Shown here: positions 37,774 through 48,791 of the stretch, piece after piece
How positions within the stretch are numbered: the stretch's first letter is position 1
Layout: each line of letters begins with the position of its first letter
Virus record (IMG/VR): IMGVR_UViG_3300042375_000763
Span: 16,191 to 80,190 of that record
DNA: 64,000 bases
Origin: a virus
Strand: one strand, 5' to 3'
Notes under the pieces: generated by a model
The model's input: the letters and a program-made list of their open reading frames with translations, nothing else
The model's database searches: none
Told to the model about the DNA's origin: nothing
Program-made: the position numbers and the translations under genes

Positions 37774-39602
37774 TTTGTCATGATTTCCTTTCGAAGAGAT
37801 ACGTCATTACCAAACATGATCTGAAAGTAATTTGCATCATCAATTGTTACAGTATCAAGGACCGGATCATTGATAACACGGTCATATTCTGATTCGGTCA
37901 ATGATCCCAAGCCTTTGATATATCGGTGTGTGTAACCTTTGCAATCAGATTTAAATTCTGTTGCATCATCATATGTAAAGAACCACTTGACATCTTTACC
38001 ATTTGTTGAGATCATGATCGGTGAACGGGTAATATGAATACGCTTTTCGGTCAAGAGACGTGGCCAAAACTTGTAAAAGAAGGCCACAATCAATGGTGAA
38101 ATATGTCCAGCGCCGTCGTGATCCGCATCAGTCAATGTTGCCACACCACGATACGTCATGTTGTCTACACTGTTCGGATCATTGATATCAAGACCAAGGA
38201 TTGCAACAAGTTCACCTAGTTCCTTGTTTTTAAGAACATCGGACGGTTTCATATCCCAAGTGTTCATGATAACACCACGAAGTGGATATGCGCCGATCTT
38301 TGAAGCATCACGAACTTTCAGAAGGAACCCCATAGCAGAGTCACCCTCGACAAGGGCAAGAAGTGCATTGACATTATTTGCCGAGATATGTTTGGCAACC
38401 TTGACCTTTTTGAGTTTCTTCTGAGCAACAATAGAGTCGCGCCGATCATCTGCCATCTTTTTGGCAAGTTGTGCAGCAATAATTGGTTCAATAATATCCG
38501 TTGCAGCAAAGATCCGCTTGGCAATATGCTTGAAGTCATGAACATCGGTAGTCTCATGATGTTCTTTGATGTTTGACAGTGGATTGGTCAGACGTTCCTT
38601 GGTCTGGCTATCAAACTTTGGATTGACAAAATTCTTTGCAAACAGAACAAATGTCAAACCATTCTTGATAACACTCTTGGAAACCTCGACCTTGTGCTTT
38701 TTCTTGATAAGTGCTAGAACCTCATCAATCACGTTATTCACGAGGTATTCTACATAGGTTCCACCTTGGCGTGTATTCACGCCATTAATGAAACTATTGG
38801 TGCGGAAACCATCAACAGACGATGCAAAGAAGAAGGACAGATTTTCTGATTTCTCAATGATAACCGAAGCACCTTCTTCTGAAAACATTTCAGCATAGCG
38901 CTTCATGTCACGGACTTGAATCCGCTTCTTGTTAAACGAGAATGTGATTTCAGGGAAAGCCATTTGAAGGCTGATCAGTCGATCCTCGACTAGCTGGATG
39001 GTGTCAAGGTCGCTGATCGAGTCAACTTCAAATAGTAAAAAATCAGGAATGAAAGACACTTCAGTTCCAGAGCCAGTTTTGGCTTTGTGTTTGACTTTGG
39101 TTTTAAGACCACCTTCAGTGCAAAGCACCTCTAGCATATTTCCATTCTGCCATGTTCGCCCCACGAACTCTGTTGACAGGAAGTTGGTCGCAGAGGAACC
39201 TACACCATTTGTGCCGATGGTCACTCGGCTATCATCAAACGATGTGCCAGCATTGACTCGGGTCCAAGCGGCGACCGGCCGGAGAATTTTCTCGTTGGTA
39301 ACAGAGTCATGAATTTCCTCTTGAGGAATACCACGACCATTATCAGTCACCATCACCCAGTTTCCGTCAATGGAAACATCAATCTTGTTTGCATATTGGA
39401 AATTGGTACGGATTGCTTCATCAATCGAGTTGTCGAGGATTTCATCAATCATCTTGGAAAGTGCAGGAACATAAACTGCAGTCTTCCATTTACCAAGTAC
39501 AAAACGGTCAACATCTTCCCGAGCTGCCGACCCCATGTACATACCGATTCGTTCGCGCACGTGTTCACGCGGCGTAAGAATTTTGAATTGTTCTTTTGCC
39601 AT
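37770..39602 (-). CDS. 39: DNA topoisomerase II large subunit (gp39+60 fused)
   Basis: EILDNSIDE, DNGRGIP, EGDSA, PLRG, TDADHDG, YIKGLGS. Confidence 0.96.
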   Translation of the reverse strand: MAKEQFKILTPREHVRERIGMYMGSAAREDVDRFVLGKWKTAVYVPALSKMIDEILDNSIDEAIRTNFQYANKIDVSIDGNWVMVTDNGRGIPQEEIHDSVTNEKILRPVAAWTRVNAGTSFDDSRVTIGTNGVGSSATNFLSTEFVGRTWQNGNMLEVLCTEGGLKTKVKHKAKTGSGTEVSFIPDFLLFEVDSISDLDTIQLVEDRLISLQMAFPEITFSFNKKRIQVRDMKRYAEMFSEEGASVIIEKSENLSFFFASSVDGFRTNSFINGVNTRQGGTYVEYLVNNVIDEVLALIKKKHKVEVSKSVIKNGLTFVLFAKNFVNPKFDSQTKERLTNPLSNIKEHHETTDVHDFKHIAKRIFAATDIIEPIIAAQLAKKMADDRRDSIVAQKKLKKVKVAKHISANNVNALLALVEGDSAMGFLLKVRDASKIGAYPLRGVIMNTWDMKPSDVLKNKELGELVAILGLDINDPNSVDNMTYRGVATLTDADHDGAGHISPLIVAFFYKFWPRLLTEKRIHITRSPIMISTNGKDVKWFFTYDDATEFKSDCKGYTHRYIKGLGSLTESEYDRVINDPVLDTVTIDDANYFQIMFGNDVSLRKEIMTK

Positions 39603-40506
39603 TCAGGTTCTCTTACTTGTTTTTATTTTTCTGTGTATTACGAAAGTCACTGCGAGCCTGCGCAAGGCGCTCTCGACTTCCGCTTGCTGCCTCATTGGCA
39701 TCAGCACCAGCTGGTTCGATAGTGTGAACACCTTTGGTACGGATAAATTCGTTAATTAGAGCACGATCTTCAGGAGGAAGAGCATCTCCGCGAGATGTGG
39801 AGAATCCGCCATTCAATGTAGTCATAATTTAGTTCCTTTCCATTTCATAGAATCAGTATAAACCATTCCGTATGATATGTCAACCAGAATGTTTTGGTAA
39901 AATAGTCAAATAATGACCACTTGACCAAAACATTCTTTACGAAGTTGGGCTTTTTCATCACGACGGACGGCTTTCTTGGTTCTGCCGTGTGCACCCTGCT
40001 TTTTACCAATAAGGTGCTGAACGAAAGGATTTCGTTCTTTTTTGAGTTTTACTTGTTTAGTCTTCATAACTTCCTCCTACAAAAGAATTATTTATTTACA
40101 CCACGAAATGCCCATATGATGAAGAATATCACGAGCCAACATCACTTCGCCAGCATGTTCGCCTTGTTCGAATGCGTCATCTACATTTCCACCAGCATAG
40201 TCATTAATACACTTGTCTTCATCTTCTACGTCATAGTAGCATTCTTTGCGGGCAAACTTTTTCAACCGCTCAATAATTTTACTATCCATTACCATTCTCC
40301 ACGATTTAGTTCTTCTTCCGTAAATTGGCCGCCCGAGCGATCAGGATTTATTTGCCACCCCATATCGCTGTTGCTTTCACGAAGGCGTTTAATTTCACCG
40401 ACTGCTCGTGACAGTAAAAGATAAAGTTCGGCGCCAGACATCGTGTTACGGATGCCGCCCTCGATCTCAGCAACGGCACTAGAAAGATCTTGTAGAATAT
40501 CAGGCA

Positions 40507-40896
40507 TTAGATCAACTCCTTGAACTTTTCTTTCAACCGCAAGAACTCAGCATATTCAGCGTCAGCCTTCAACTTCTTAGCTTCAGCAGTAGCTTTACGT
40601 TTGGCAGAGGCAGCCTCTTTGCGTTTGGCTTCAGCATTTTCACGAGCAAAGGTTTCCTTTTCGGTTTCAACACGCTCAAATTCGTAAGTGATAACCAACT
40701 CATAATCATTACTATAATAGATGGCGCAGCTTTCAAAATCAAAGCGGCCTTCACCGACCATACCTTTGGCATTTGCAGCTTCAACTACTGAGTCGATATA
40801 TGCTTTCACACCATCGGCGGTAGTTTCAAAACTGTACCGATCACAGTTGATTTTGTCATAGTTCACATAGATACCGTTTTCGTTCTTGCGGCTCAT
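40507..40896 (-). CDS. Hypothetical protein
   Basis: ORF track. Confidence 0.55.
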   Translation of the reverse strand: MSRKNENGIYVNYDKINCDRYSFETTADGVKAYIDSVVEAANAKGMVGEGRFDFESCAIYYSNDYELVITYEFERVETEKETFARENAEAKRKEAASAKRKATAEAKKLKADAEYAEFLRLKEKFKELI

Positions 40897-40911
40897 TTTA
40901 TATTTCCTCTA

Positions 40912-41229
40912 TCAGCGATTACGAACAAACGAAGTCATGCGAGTGAAAGCCCCATCATAATACAAGTCACCACCAGTAAGATAGTCCATTTCAGTGTATC
41001 CATAGCGGTCGACACCGTCGCCGCAGCCGACATATTCACCATCGGCATCAAAGCAGGAGTATCCGTAAGAGTCAAATCCTTCGTCGTCGTAGTTGTCATA
41101 CATTGTTTTTTCGTTATACGAGTCTTTGTTCCACTCGGTCGGGACTTCCCCATAGCAGTTGAACTTGAACATATCATATCCAGGTTCATTAGCGTGAGGG
41201 CAAAGAGGTGAGTATTTTCCAGTGCTCAT
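40912..41229 (-). CDS. Hypothetical protein with D..G.D.YGY repeats
   Basis: YDDEGFDSYGY, GVDRYGY. Confidence 0.6.
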   Translation of the reverse strand: MSTGKYSPLCPHANEPGYDMFKFNCYGEVPTEWNKDSYNEKTMYDNYDDEGFDSYGYSCFDADGEYVGCGDGVDRYGYTEMDYLTGGDLYYDGAFTRMTSFVRNR

Positions 41230-41938
41230 GTCGATATTCCTTTATACCTTATAGAATCAGTATAAACTATTTGAAAGCATTTGTCAACAATTATTCTGCA
41301 ATCGTTCCAATGCGAAGGAGACTGACATTGCTTACACCCTCTGTATCAGAACTCAATGTTCCCATGATACGATTAGTAAATAGTCCACGATCTTTATTGC
41401 TATAGGTGCCTTCCATGATAAACTTATCAGTCCCGCCGCCATGCCAATGGACTTCAATCTCAAGAATACCAAACACTTTCTTGTCGGTGTAGTTCCAATC
41501 TTCCCAAACTATATGTTCAATTTTCATTATTTTACAGTCTCCAAAGGATAGTTTGATCCGTAGGTTTTCATTGCAGATTCACGAGAAATTCGGTGAAGTG
41601 TTTCTTTCAACCACATACCTTGTCGAAACAATTTCTCATGCCCTGGTTTGATTGACACGTTGTAGTTTGCATCTCGAAGGATTGCTCGGATTTCAGGAGA
41701 AAATGAATCAAACAAGTCCATTGACTCTTGTCTTGTACGTTTGACTTCGGGTTTGTCAACTGCGATGTAACCGTTGCTATTGATTGTCATCTGTTCCTCT
41801 ACCTTATAGAATCAGTATATACTATTTGAAAGCAAATGTCAACCAACAAAAGTCTCTTTATAACGACATTAATGGTTGACATTATCTTAACACGTGGTAT
41901 AATTGGATTATCATCCATAATATAAAAGAGTACTGATT

Positions 41939-42283
41939 CTATAGTAGTTTCAGAGAACCAGTAATAGGAAGTAGTTCCTCATGAGAGGCAGGACCTACTG
42001 CGATGCAAGTATTCGTCGGCACATTATTAAATTCGGTTCTTCCTGCATCAGTGATGAGTGCAGTAATAAGACCTGCTTCTTTAGCTTTATTCATAATTTC
42101 AAATAGTTCTTCTTCTGAATTTACCGAAACGGCAATTTTGGTGAATGGACCTGATAGCCATTCCTTCACGTTCGGATGTTCAAGATTTTCAAGCGTAGCT
42201 TTCATGCTTGCATGAGCACCTTGTGCTATTTGTTTTCCCAAACGCATATTCAGGTCTTTTCTCATTACAATAATTTGTTTCAT
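41939..42283 (-). CDS. pth2: Peptidyl-tRNA hydrolase type 2
   Basis: KQIIVMRKDL.M..GK..AQGAHA, DAGRTE, T.IAVGP. Confidence 0.93.
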   Translation of the reverse strand: MKQIIVMRKDLNMRLGKQIAQGAHASMKATLENLEHPNVKEWLSGPFTKIAVSVNSEEELFEIMNKAKEAGLITALITDAGRTEFNNVPTNTCIAVGPASHEELLPITGSLKLL

Positions 42284-42533
42284 TTCTTTTCAAACCTATT
42301 TGGTAAAAGTTCAAACGTATCGGTATCAAACATATATGATTTAACATCGACTGGTACTGCATATTTTATTGCTGTTCTATGAATAACCATAGGATGAGTC
42401 AAATGTTCTTTCAACTTTTTATGAAGAAAGTTCAAATTTTGTAAATCATCTGTATAGTTTGATGATGAAATGGTTCCTTCGGATACAAACTTACCGTCTT
42501 TGTCTAGGAACCTAAAATCTAATCTTAGTGACA

Positions 42534-43100
42534 TTATTTTCTATTCTTCTCCTTCCAAATGCGGCGCGATACCGTCTTATACAAGTCTTCATAACCAGTC
42601 TCTACTGCATTATCAGATCCGCCTAATTTATGATGAAACAGAGCAGGGTTTCCTGTTTCTTTGCAGAACGAATCCATCTGTTGAAGTTCATCTGCTATTT
42701 CCATCAACACTTTACTACCATCAAAAAACTCACCTTTCCAAGTAAGTTTTAGACCATAGCAGATGATATTTACATCATGGTAATCAACGAGATCGGATAA
42801 ATCCCAGACTTGTTTTTTTGTGAGAAATTGTGCTTCGTCTACTAAAATATAATCTATATTGCAATATTCTGATAGACTAGTCTTTTCATATATTTGACTG
42901 AGTATTGGATATTTATCATCTACCATTATACATTCTGCTTCAAGACCAATACGACTTGATATAGTTGTTGTTCTATCATCGACTGCAGGTTTAATTAGCA
43001 ATGTACGATAGCCCTTCTCCTTTAACATAAAGTTTTTGGTGAGAAGGGCGAGTGTCTTGCCGGAGTTCATTGATGAAAAGATGAAGGTGAGTTTAGCCAT
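42534..43100 (-). CDS. tk: Thymidine kinase
   Basis: MNSGKT, ILVDEAQFL, ICYGL. Confidence 0.93.
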   Translation of the reverse strand: MAKLTFIFSSMNSGKTLALLTKNFMLKEKGYRTLLIKPAVDDRTTTISSRIGLEAECIMVDDKYPILSQIYEKTSLSEYCNIDYILVDEAQFLTKKQVWDLSDLVDYHDVNIICYGLKLTWKGEFFDGSKVLMEIADELQQMDSFCKETGNPALFHHKLGGSDNAVETGYEDLYKTVSRRIWKEKNRK

Positions 43101-43676
43101 TCAGTCTTTCCTCATCCAAATACCGGATCCTGCTTCCGGCATGGAATACTCTCTGTCTTTCAATTTAAGGGCAGTATCCCATGCGAGCTTCATCATTTTC
43201 TTTTCATTCTCGTAATGCTTTGGATACAAAACGGCATCAACCATCTTCCTTGTATTTCTTGCAAAAAATTCTTCAAACTCTCTATCGTAGTTCATTTGCT
43301 AACCTTATGTTTAATAAATGTGATTGCACCCATAATGTATGCTATCGGCATTACACCAGATATTAGTATTTTGTCTAGTAATGTATCTTTGTGATTTTTG
43401 TGACCCAAAAGGCTTATAACTCGACAAACTCCTGCCGCGGCCCATACAAGATAAGCAAGAATAATCCACCAGAATATACTCATTTACGTTTCTCCTAAAA
43501 ATACTGTTTCGACAAAAACGCGGCACTGCTCAAATACTGATGGCCCAAAAACAACTTTGCTCGGCTTGTTATCATTGCCTTTGTCAATAACAAACCAATT
43601 TAATGAATCGACTGAATTTATAATAGCAAGACCTACATCTTCACATAGATAACAAGTCTCAGATAACTTTGTAATT

Positions 43677-44192
43677 TCAAACATTCTTTTTCTCCCAAGT
43701 ACCCATCAGACTAACAGCGTTAAGCATGTGTTTATGCAATAATCCATTATCTGCATCAGTCTGAACAAGCCGCCTCTTACCAAGGATTTCATTAAACCGA
43801 TACCGATTATCATCGAACAGAACAAAATCGTCTACATCAGTAGCGTATGTTTCGAGGTAATCTTTGACTTCATTACCTCGATCCCACTTTTTTACTGGCG
43901 CAAAATTATCAGGGTCTGTTTTCCAAGGACTTGCAAACTCGCCCCGGAACCCAGAATTTGCAAATGCTGACCGAACCCAATGTTCCGTCATTTGATCATC
44001 ATTCCGAAGTCCATTTTTCCAAGTCGACATGAGAACAAACTCAACTGGATATGTGTCATGGATCCAATTAAAAAATTGAACTGCTATGGGATCGAATTGA
44101 CACCACATTCCATATTCGCCTTGATAGGTCTTATGCACTCTCTGTGATGTGAGGACTCCATCAATATCAAGGAAGCACAAATATTTTCTCAT
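43677..44192 (-). CDS. HAD-domain protein (RNA-repair-associated type)
   Basis: FLDIDGVL, STW, FVLFDD, LVQT...GL. Confidence 0.75.
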   Translation of the reverse strand: MRKYLCFLDIDGVLTSQRVHKTYQGEYGMWCQFDPIAVQFFNWIHDTYPVEFVLMSTWKNGLRNDDQMTEHWVRSAFANSGFRGEFASPWKTDPDNFAPVKKWDRGNEVKDYLETYATDVDDFVLFDDNRYRFNEILGKRRLVQTDADNGLLHKHMLNAVSLMGTWEKKNV

Positions 44193-44286
44193 CTCAAATC
44201 CTTTTCATTATAAATAGAAGTGTCAGTCGCGGATTGCCGTCCCACTGACTCTATGTTTGAACACTTTACAGGAAAGGAACACAGCC

Positions 44287-45222
44287 ATGACAAATGGTAT
44301 TTATATCCCTTATTTCTACATCATTCAAGAAGTTTCTACTGGTATGTATTACGCTGGTGCTAAATGGGCACAAGGATGTCATCCAGGTCAGCTTTTGAAA
44401 GAAGGCGGATACGAGACTTCATCGGAAACCATCAAAAAACTTATTAGAAAACATGGATTTGAAAATTTTATCATCCGAAAAATAAGAACATTTGAAACAG
44501 CAGAAAAAGCTCAAAACTATGAAACTAGGTTTTTAGTAAAAGTAGATGCAAGGAACCATCCAAAATTTTATAATGGTCATAATAATGATCATCTGATTAG
44601 TTTCAATACAAAAAGATATGAAGATATGATGCTAAGTTATTACGGCGTAACTCATCCTATTTATTCCGAAGAAATACAAATGAGAAAGAAGAATACGGTG
44701 TTGCAAAGATATGGTGTTGATCATTATTCAAAAACAGAAGAATACAGAGATAAATTTTTAGAAACTTCTCTAGATAGATACGGTGTTCAACATCCAATGC
44801 AAAACGATATGATTAAGGATCGTATGTTTATATCTAAGTTAGAAAAGTATGGCAACCCCGTTTTTGTAAATCATGAAAAGTCAAAATTGACAAAACTGGA
44901 GAAATATGGCAGTCCTACCTATAATAATACCGAAAAGTCAAAGAAAACAAAATTAGAAAAGTATGGTAACTCTTCGTATGTAAACAAGGAAAAAGCAGAA
45001 AAAACTAACATAGAAAAATATGGAGCAGATAATCCATTTAAATCGCCTGAGATAATAGAAAAAATTTCAGATCACAGAAATAAAATGCTTTTAAGAAAGA
45101 ACGTTGAAGAACTGAAAACATTGTCCAAAAAATACAAAATCAGTCTTGGCAGAAATTGGAATAGAAGAAATGATGAATGGATAGACAATAAAATAGAATC
45201 AATAAAGAATGAATATGAATAG
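44287..45222 (+). CDS. Seg-like GIY-YIG endonuclease with KYG repeats
   Basis: PYFYII..TGMYYAG..YETSS, FYN; about seven T.LEKYG repeats; late promoter 44209-44216. Confidence 0.75.
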   Translation: MTNGIYIPYFYIIQEVSTGMYYAGAKWAQGCHPGQLLKEGGYETSSETIKKLIRKHGFENFIIRKIRTFETAEKAQNYETRFLVKVDARNHPKFYNGHNNDHLISFNTKRYEDMMLSYYGVTHPIYSEEIQMRKKNTVLQRYGVDHYSKTEEYRDKFLETSLDRYGVQHPMQNDMIKDRMFISKLEKYGNPVFVNHEKSKLTKLEKYGSPTYNNTEKSKKTKLEKYGNSSYVNKEKAEKTNIEKYGADNPFKSPEIIEKISDHRNKMLLRKNVEELKTLSKKYKISLGRNWNRRNDEWIDNKIESIKNEYE

Positions 45223-45796
45223 ATTTCATTGCATTGTGTGCATAGTGAACCCGATTCGACGTAAATACACCGTCGATGTCAAGAAAGATTAGATATTTCC
45301 GTTGCATTGCATATACTCTCTAATTTCTTTACGATGTTCTTTTGTTTGAATATCTTCACGCATATCAATACAGATACAGCACCAGCAATTATCGGACTTG
45401 CTTTTCTTACCTTTCATATTAATATTTGCAGCAGCTGCGTGAAAAGGGCCTTTATTATGTTTGCGATTACGACCTCTGCCGTAAACCGGTGATTTTGCCA
45501 TTTATTCCTCCTAGGTTAAGCCTAGAAGTCTTCATAAAACTTTCTGTAACGGATCATGTAAGTTCCTTTGTTCATAGTTCTGGATTTTTCATCCAATGTG
45601 TAAACGGTCCGATAACTGCTTTCGTGTTTGGACATGTCCAGTATCCGCCATCTTGATTATACTTGCCGGGTTTTGTATCGACCCATTTTGTAGTTCTAGA
45701 CAAAACCGTATCATTTATCTTAACTATACCAAGAATATAAGTTCCATCCTTTGGTGCAGTCTCAATTGGTTGAATATTATATTGCATTTTATTTCC

Positions 45797-46354
45797 TCAA
45801 TTATAAAAGATGTGCGAGTCAATTCGCGCAGTTTCAGTATAGCTGGAAACCCAGAATGGTTCCACGTAGTTGGCATGATACATGATCGCGCCATTGGTAG
45901 GATCAATCTCATCCCCGTATGCGGCAAAAACCTCTTCCGCGATCTTTGCGGAAACATTCCATGCTGCCTGATCTGTAATATCATCAGACTTCCCGTCACA
46001 GAACCAGCTAAACTGGCACTTGTTCTTCAACGGGATACCGTTATCATTCAATTCTGCCTGATAAACTACATCACAGATAGTGTCAGGATATTTTTCACTT
46101 TTGGTGCGATTCATTGTTGCCCAAGCAACGGCACGTTGACCTGTCATACCGTCATTACGAGCTTCGTGGTAGATATTTTTTGCAAGACAATCAACTTGTT
46201 TTGCATTTCTAAGATGCATAGAAACTTCAGCTATAATTAACTGAGTTTGATTAGCGCTAAATATGTCTTCGGAAACTTTTGTGTAATACATAGAACTCGC
46301 AGTTGCAATAGCTGCAATATTAACACCGATCATGATCTTCGTGATGATTTTCAT
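45797..46354 (-). CDS. Cell wall hydrolase (SleB family)
   Basis: CLAKNIYHEAR, CQFSWFCDG, DPTNGA..YHA.YV.P.W. Confidence 0.92.
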   Translation of the reverse strand: MKIITKIMIGVNIAAIATASSMYYTKVSEDIFSANQTQLIIAEVSMHLRNAKQVDCLAKNIYHEARNDGMTGQRAVAWATMNRTKSEKYPDTICDVVYQAELNDNGIPLKNKCQFSWFCDGKSDDITDQAAWNVSAKIAEEVFAAYGDEIDPTNGAIMYHANYVEPFWVSSYTETARIDSHIFYN

Positions 46355-46422
46355 TTCTGCTCTCTTGTTTACCTTATAGAATCAGTATAAACTAACTGCA
46401 AGTAAATGTCAACAATTTTCTT

Positions 46423-46926
46423 TTATTTTAGTATTTTAATATCACTTTTTGATATTCGGGTACCTTTAGAGACTAACACTTCTTTTTCTTTCGATGCACT
46501 GTCTAAGTTTGTTTCATCATACCCAAGCATCATCATTTGTTGTATTCCCATGAAAAGAACAAATGAATCTATATCTATAATTTGGCTTGATTGTGCTATG
46601 ACTTTACCTATCAAGATCTTTTTCTTTTCTATATTTGTTCTTCCAAGAGAAAAACTTTCATCTGTAACAAATTTAGTTGCTATCTTTTCATCTTTAGACC
46701 AAGATGTGTGCTTATCTAGTAACATAGAACCAGATTTTTCTATCTTTTCTAGTGCTACATCGTCAATATACATACCTCTGTATAGTTTTTGTCTGTATGA
46801 TCTAAATGGGGCTGGAATCTTATTTCTGTTTATAAAGAGAAAATTTGCATTCGATTGATCATTTTTAAATAACCAATCATCTAAATTCTTTCTAAAATTT
46901 TCCGTTCCAATTACGTAATCAACCAT
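46423..46926 (-). CDS. Putative ADP-ribosyltransferase (R-S-E type)
   Basis: LYRG, TSWS, EKEVL. Confidence 0.55.
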   Translation of the reverse strand: MVDYVIGTENFRKNLDDWLFKNDQSNANFLFINRNKIPAPFRSYRQKLYRGMYIDDVALEKIEKSGSMLLDKHTSWSKDEKIATKFVTDESFSLGRTNIEKKKILIGKVIAQSSQIIDIDSFVLFMGIQQMMMLGYDETNLDSASKEKEVLVSKGTRISKSDIKILK

Positions 46927-47339
46927 TCATTTTCAACCAATTTAAAGTTCTTTTTGCCCATGCACTGGTTTTATAACCTTGGCCCCATGCACGTGTACAA
47001 TCAGGCCACGTGATATACCAAAGACCATTTGTATCTTGTTCAATGTAGCACACACTATACATCATTTTTCATTAACCTCGTGTAGGGGTGATCTTTGTAA
47101 CTTTCAGTCAATTTATGTCTTGCAAGATCACGTTTCCATTCATCTAGTTCTACCCATTCCAAAATTCTATTCATTGTAAAATAAACAATCTCTTTTGCCA
47201 TATATTGAAATGTACGATTCTTAAGTATTACATAAGCTTCATTTTTTCTATATGCAATTACATCTGCTTCTGCCTGACCATCAAAAGGTGCATTATCATA
47301 AATTTCTTTTGAGCCGTAAATAAGAACTTTGACCATTTT

Positions 47340-47780
47340 TTACTCTAGTACATAGACAAAAGGTTTGGTATCAATAAGAGTATTCTCAATGATAGCGGAA
47401 ATAACATTCCAATCTCCGTTGGCAAGACCTGCACCGATTTTTGGCATTGCAATCTCTTTAATACCCCATTGATTAATTTTACGGAATACTTCTGCAATTG
47501 CCCAATATGAAACATAAACACGTGATGGATCACGTCCATAATCTTTCTGGGTAATTGCATTGTGAATTACATTTCCATCTTCCTGAACAGATACGACGAT
47601 TGCACCAAGTTCAAGACCATAACTATTATACGAGTCATTGTAGTCTTGAAATGCAGATGGATATTTATCTCGAAGTACATAAGCAACACCAGACCTCATC
47701 ACACCATGACTATTACAACCATGAATAATATGCTTGATATTTGTTTCAAGCAGGTCACCTTTTATATATTCAATCTGCAT
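47340..47780 (-). CDS. Macro-domain (ADP-ribose processing) protein
   Basis: KGDL, HGCN..G.M.SGVA, MPKIGAGLANGDW. Confidence 0.9.
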   Translation of the reverse strand: MQIEYIKGDLLETNIKHIIHGCNSHGVMRSGVAYVLRDKYPSAFQDYNDSYNSYGLELGAIVVSVQEDGNVIHNAITQKDYGRDPSRVYVSYWAIAEVFRKINQWGIKEIAMPKIGAGLANGDWNVISAIIENTLIDTKPFVYVLE

Positions 47781-48791
47781 TTATCTCGCTTTCAATAATA
47801 TATCTGAGAATTGCTTATAACAATTCTCCCACGTCCATTTCTTAGAACTAATATAAACCGATTCTCTATTTAAGTCAAGGCATTTTTGTACCGCTTCAGA
47901 TAAATCATCTGATAAGTAACCATTCACACCCTCTTCTATGATATCTTTAGGGCCTGTAACTGGATATGCAGCAACAGGAGTACCGCAGGCAAGTGCTTCA
48001 ATATTTACAACTCCGAATGTGTCAGTTTTTGAAGGAAACACAAACACGGTCGCTTTTCGATAATAGTCACCAAGTTCTTTCCCGGTCTTTTTACCAGCAC
48101 AAAGAACATCTGGATACTTCTTTTTCAGTGTTTGTAGATAAGGACCATCACCTACTAGTATTTTCTGAGCATTTGGTATTTTTATAGAACAAAAATCATC
48201 AAGACCTTTTTCTGGACTTACTCGACTGACACACAGCAATGTAATATTTCTATTTTTATCTTGTTCTTCTGGATAAAAAATTGATCGGTCAACACCACGA
48301 GTCCATGACTGAATATCTTGAGTAAAACCTTTATCTTTTAGCTCTTGAACCATACTATCTGTAGTTGTCAAAATAGTTGTTGTCCCATTATATACATGCT
48401 TCATCCATTTCCAACCAAGTTCTACTGAAATGAAGTTCCATTTTGCATTAATAAATTCTGGAAATTTTGTATGACACGATGTGGAGAATGGTATTTTTAA
48501 TCTACGGCAAGTTCGTGAAAATGCAATACCAAGAGTACCTTCTGGTGTTGCAATATGTATGTGATCCCACTTTTGTTTCTTTAATAATTTTCTGATTTGA
48601 AACGGATTTGGAATTCCAATTTCAATCTCTGGATAAAACCAAAGTGAAAATCTAATCTTGCATCTTTTTGGGTGATATACATAAACAATATCTCCATGCT
48701 CCCGAGCTTGTTTAACTAGATTAGAAAGTGTAGTCACAACACCATTTACTTGTGGATGCCAAGCATCAGTAATCAGAAGTATCTTCGACAT
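47781..48791 (-). CDS. GT4 glycosyltransferase, Agt-like glycolipid synthase
   Basis: TDAWHPQVNGVV, HIATPEG, FPSKTDTFG..EALACGTPV. Confidence 0.85.
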   Translation of the reverse strand: MSKILLITDAWHPQVNGVVTTLSNLVKQAREHGDIVYVYHPKRCKIRFSLWFYPEIEIGIPNPFQIRKLLKKQKWDHIHIATPEGTLGIAFSRTCRRLKIPFSTSCHTKFPEFINAKWNFISVELGWKWMKHVYNGTTTILTTTDSMVQELKDKGFTQDIQSWTRGVDRSIFYPEEQDKNRNITLLCVSRVSPEKGLDDFCSIKIPNAQKILVGDGPYLQTLKKKYPDVLCAGKKTGKELGDYYRKATVFVFPSKTDTFGVVNIEALACGTPVAAYPVTGPKDIIEEGVNGYLSDDLSEAVQKCLDLNRESVYISSKKWTWENCYKQFSDILLKAR

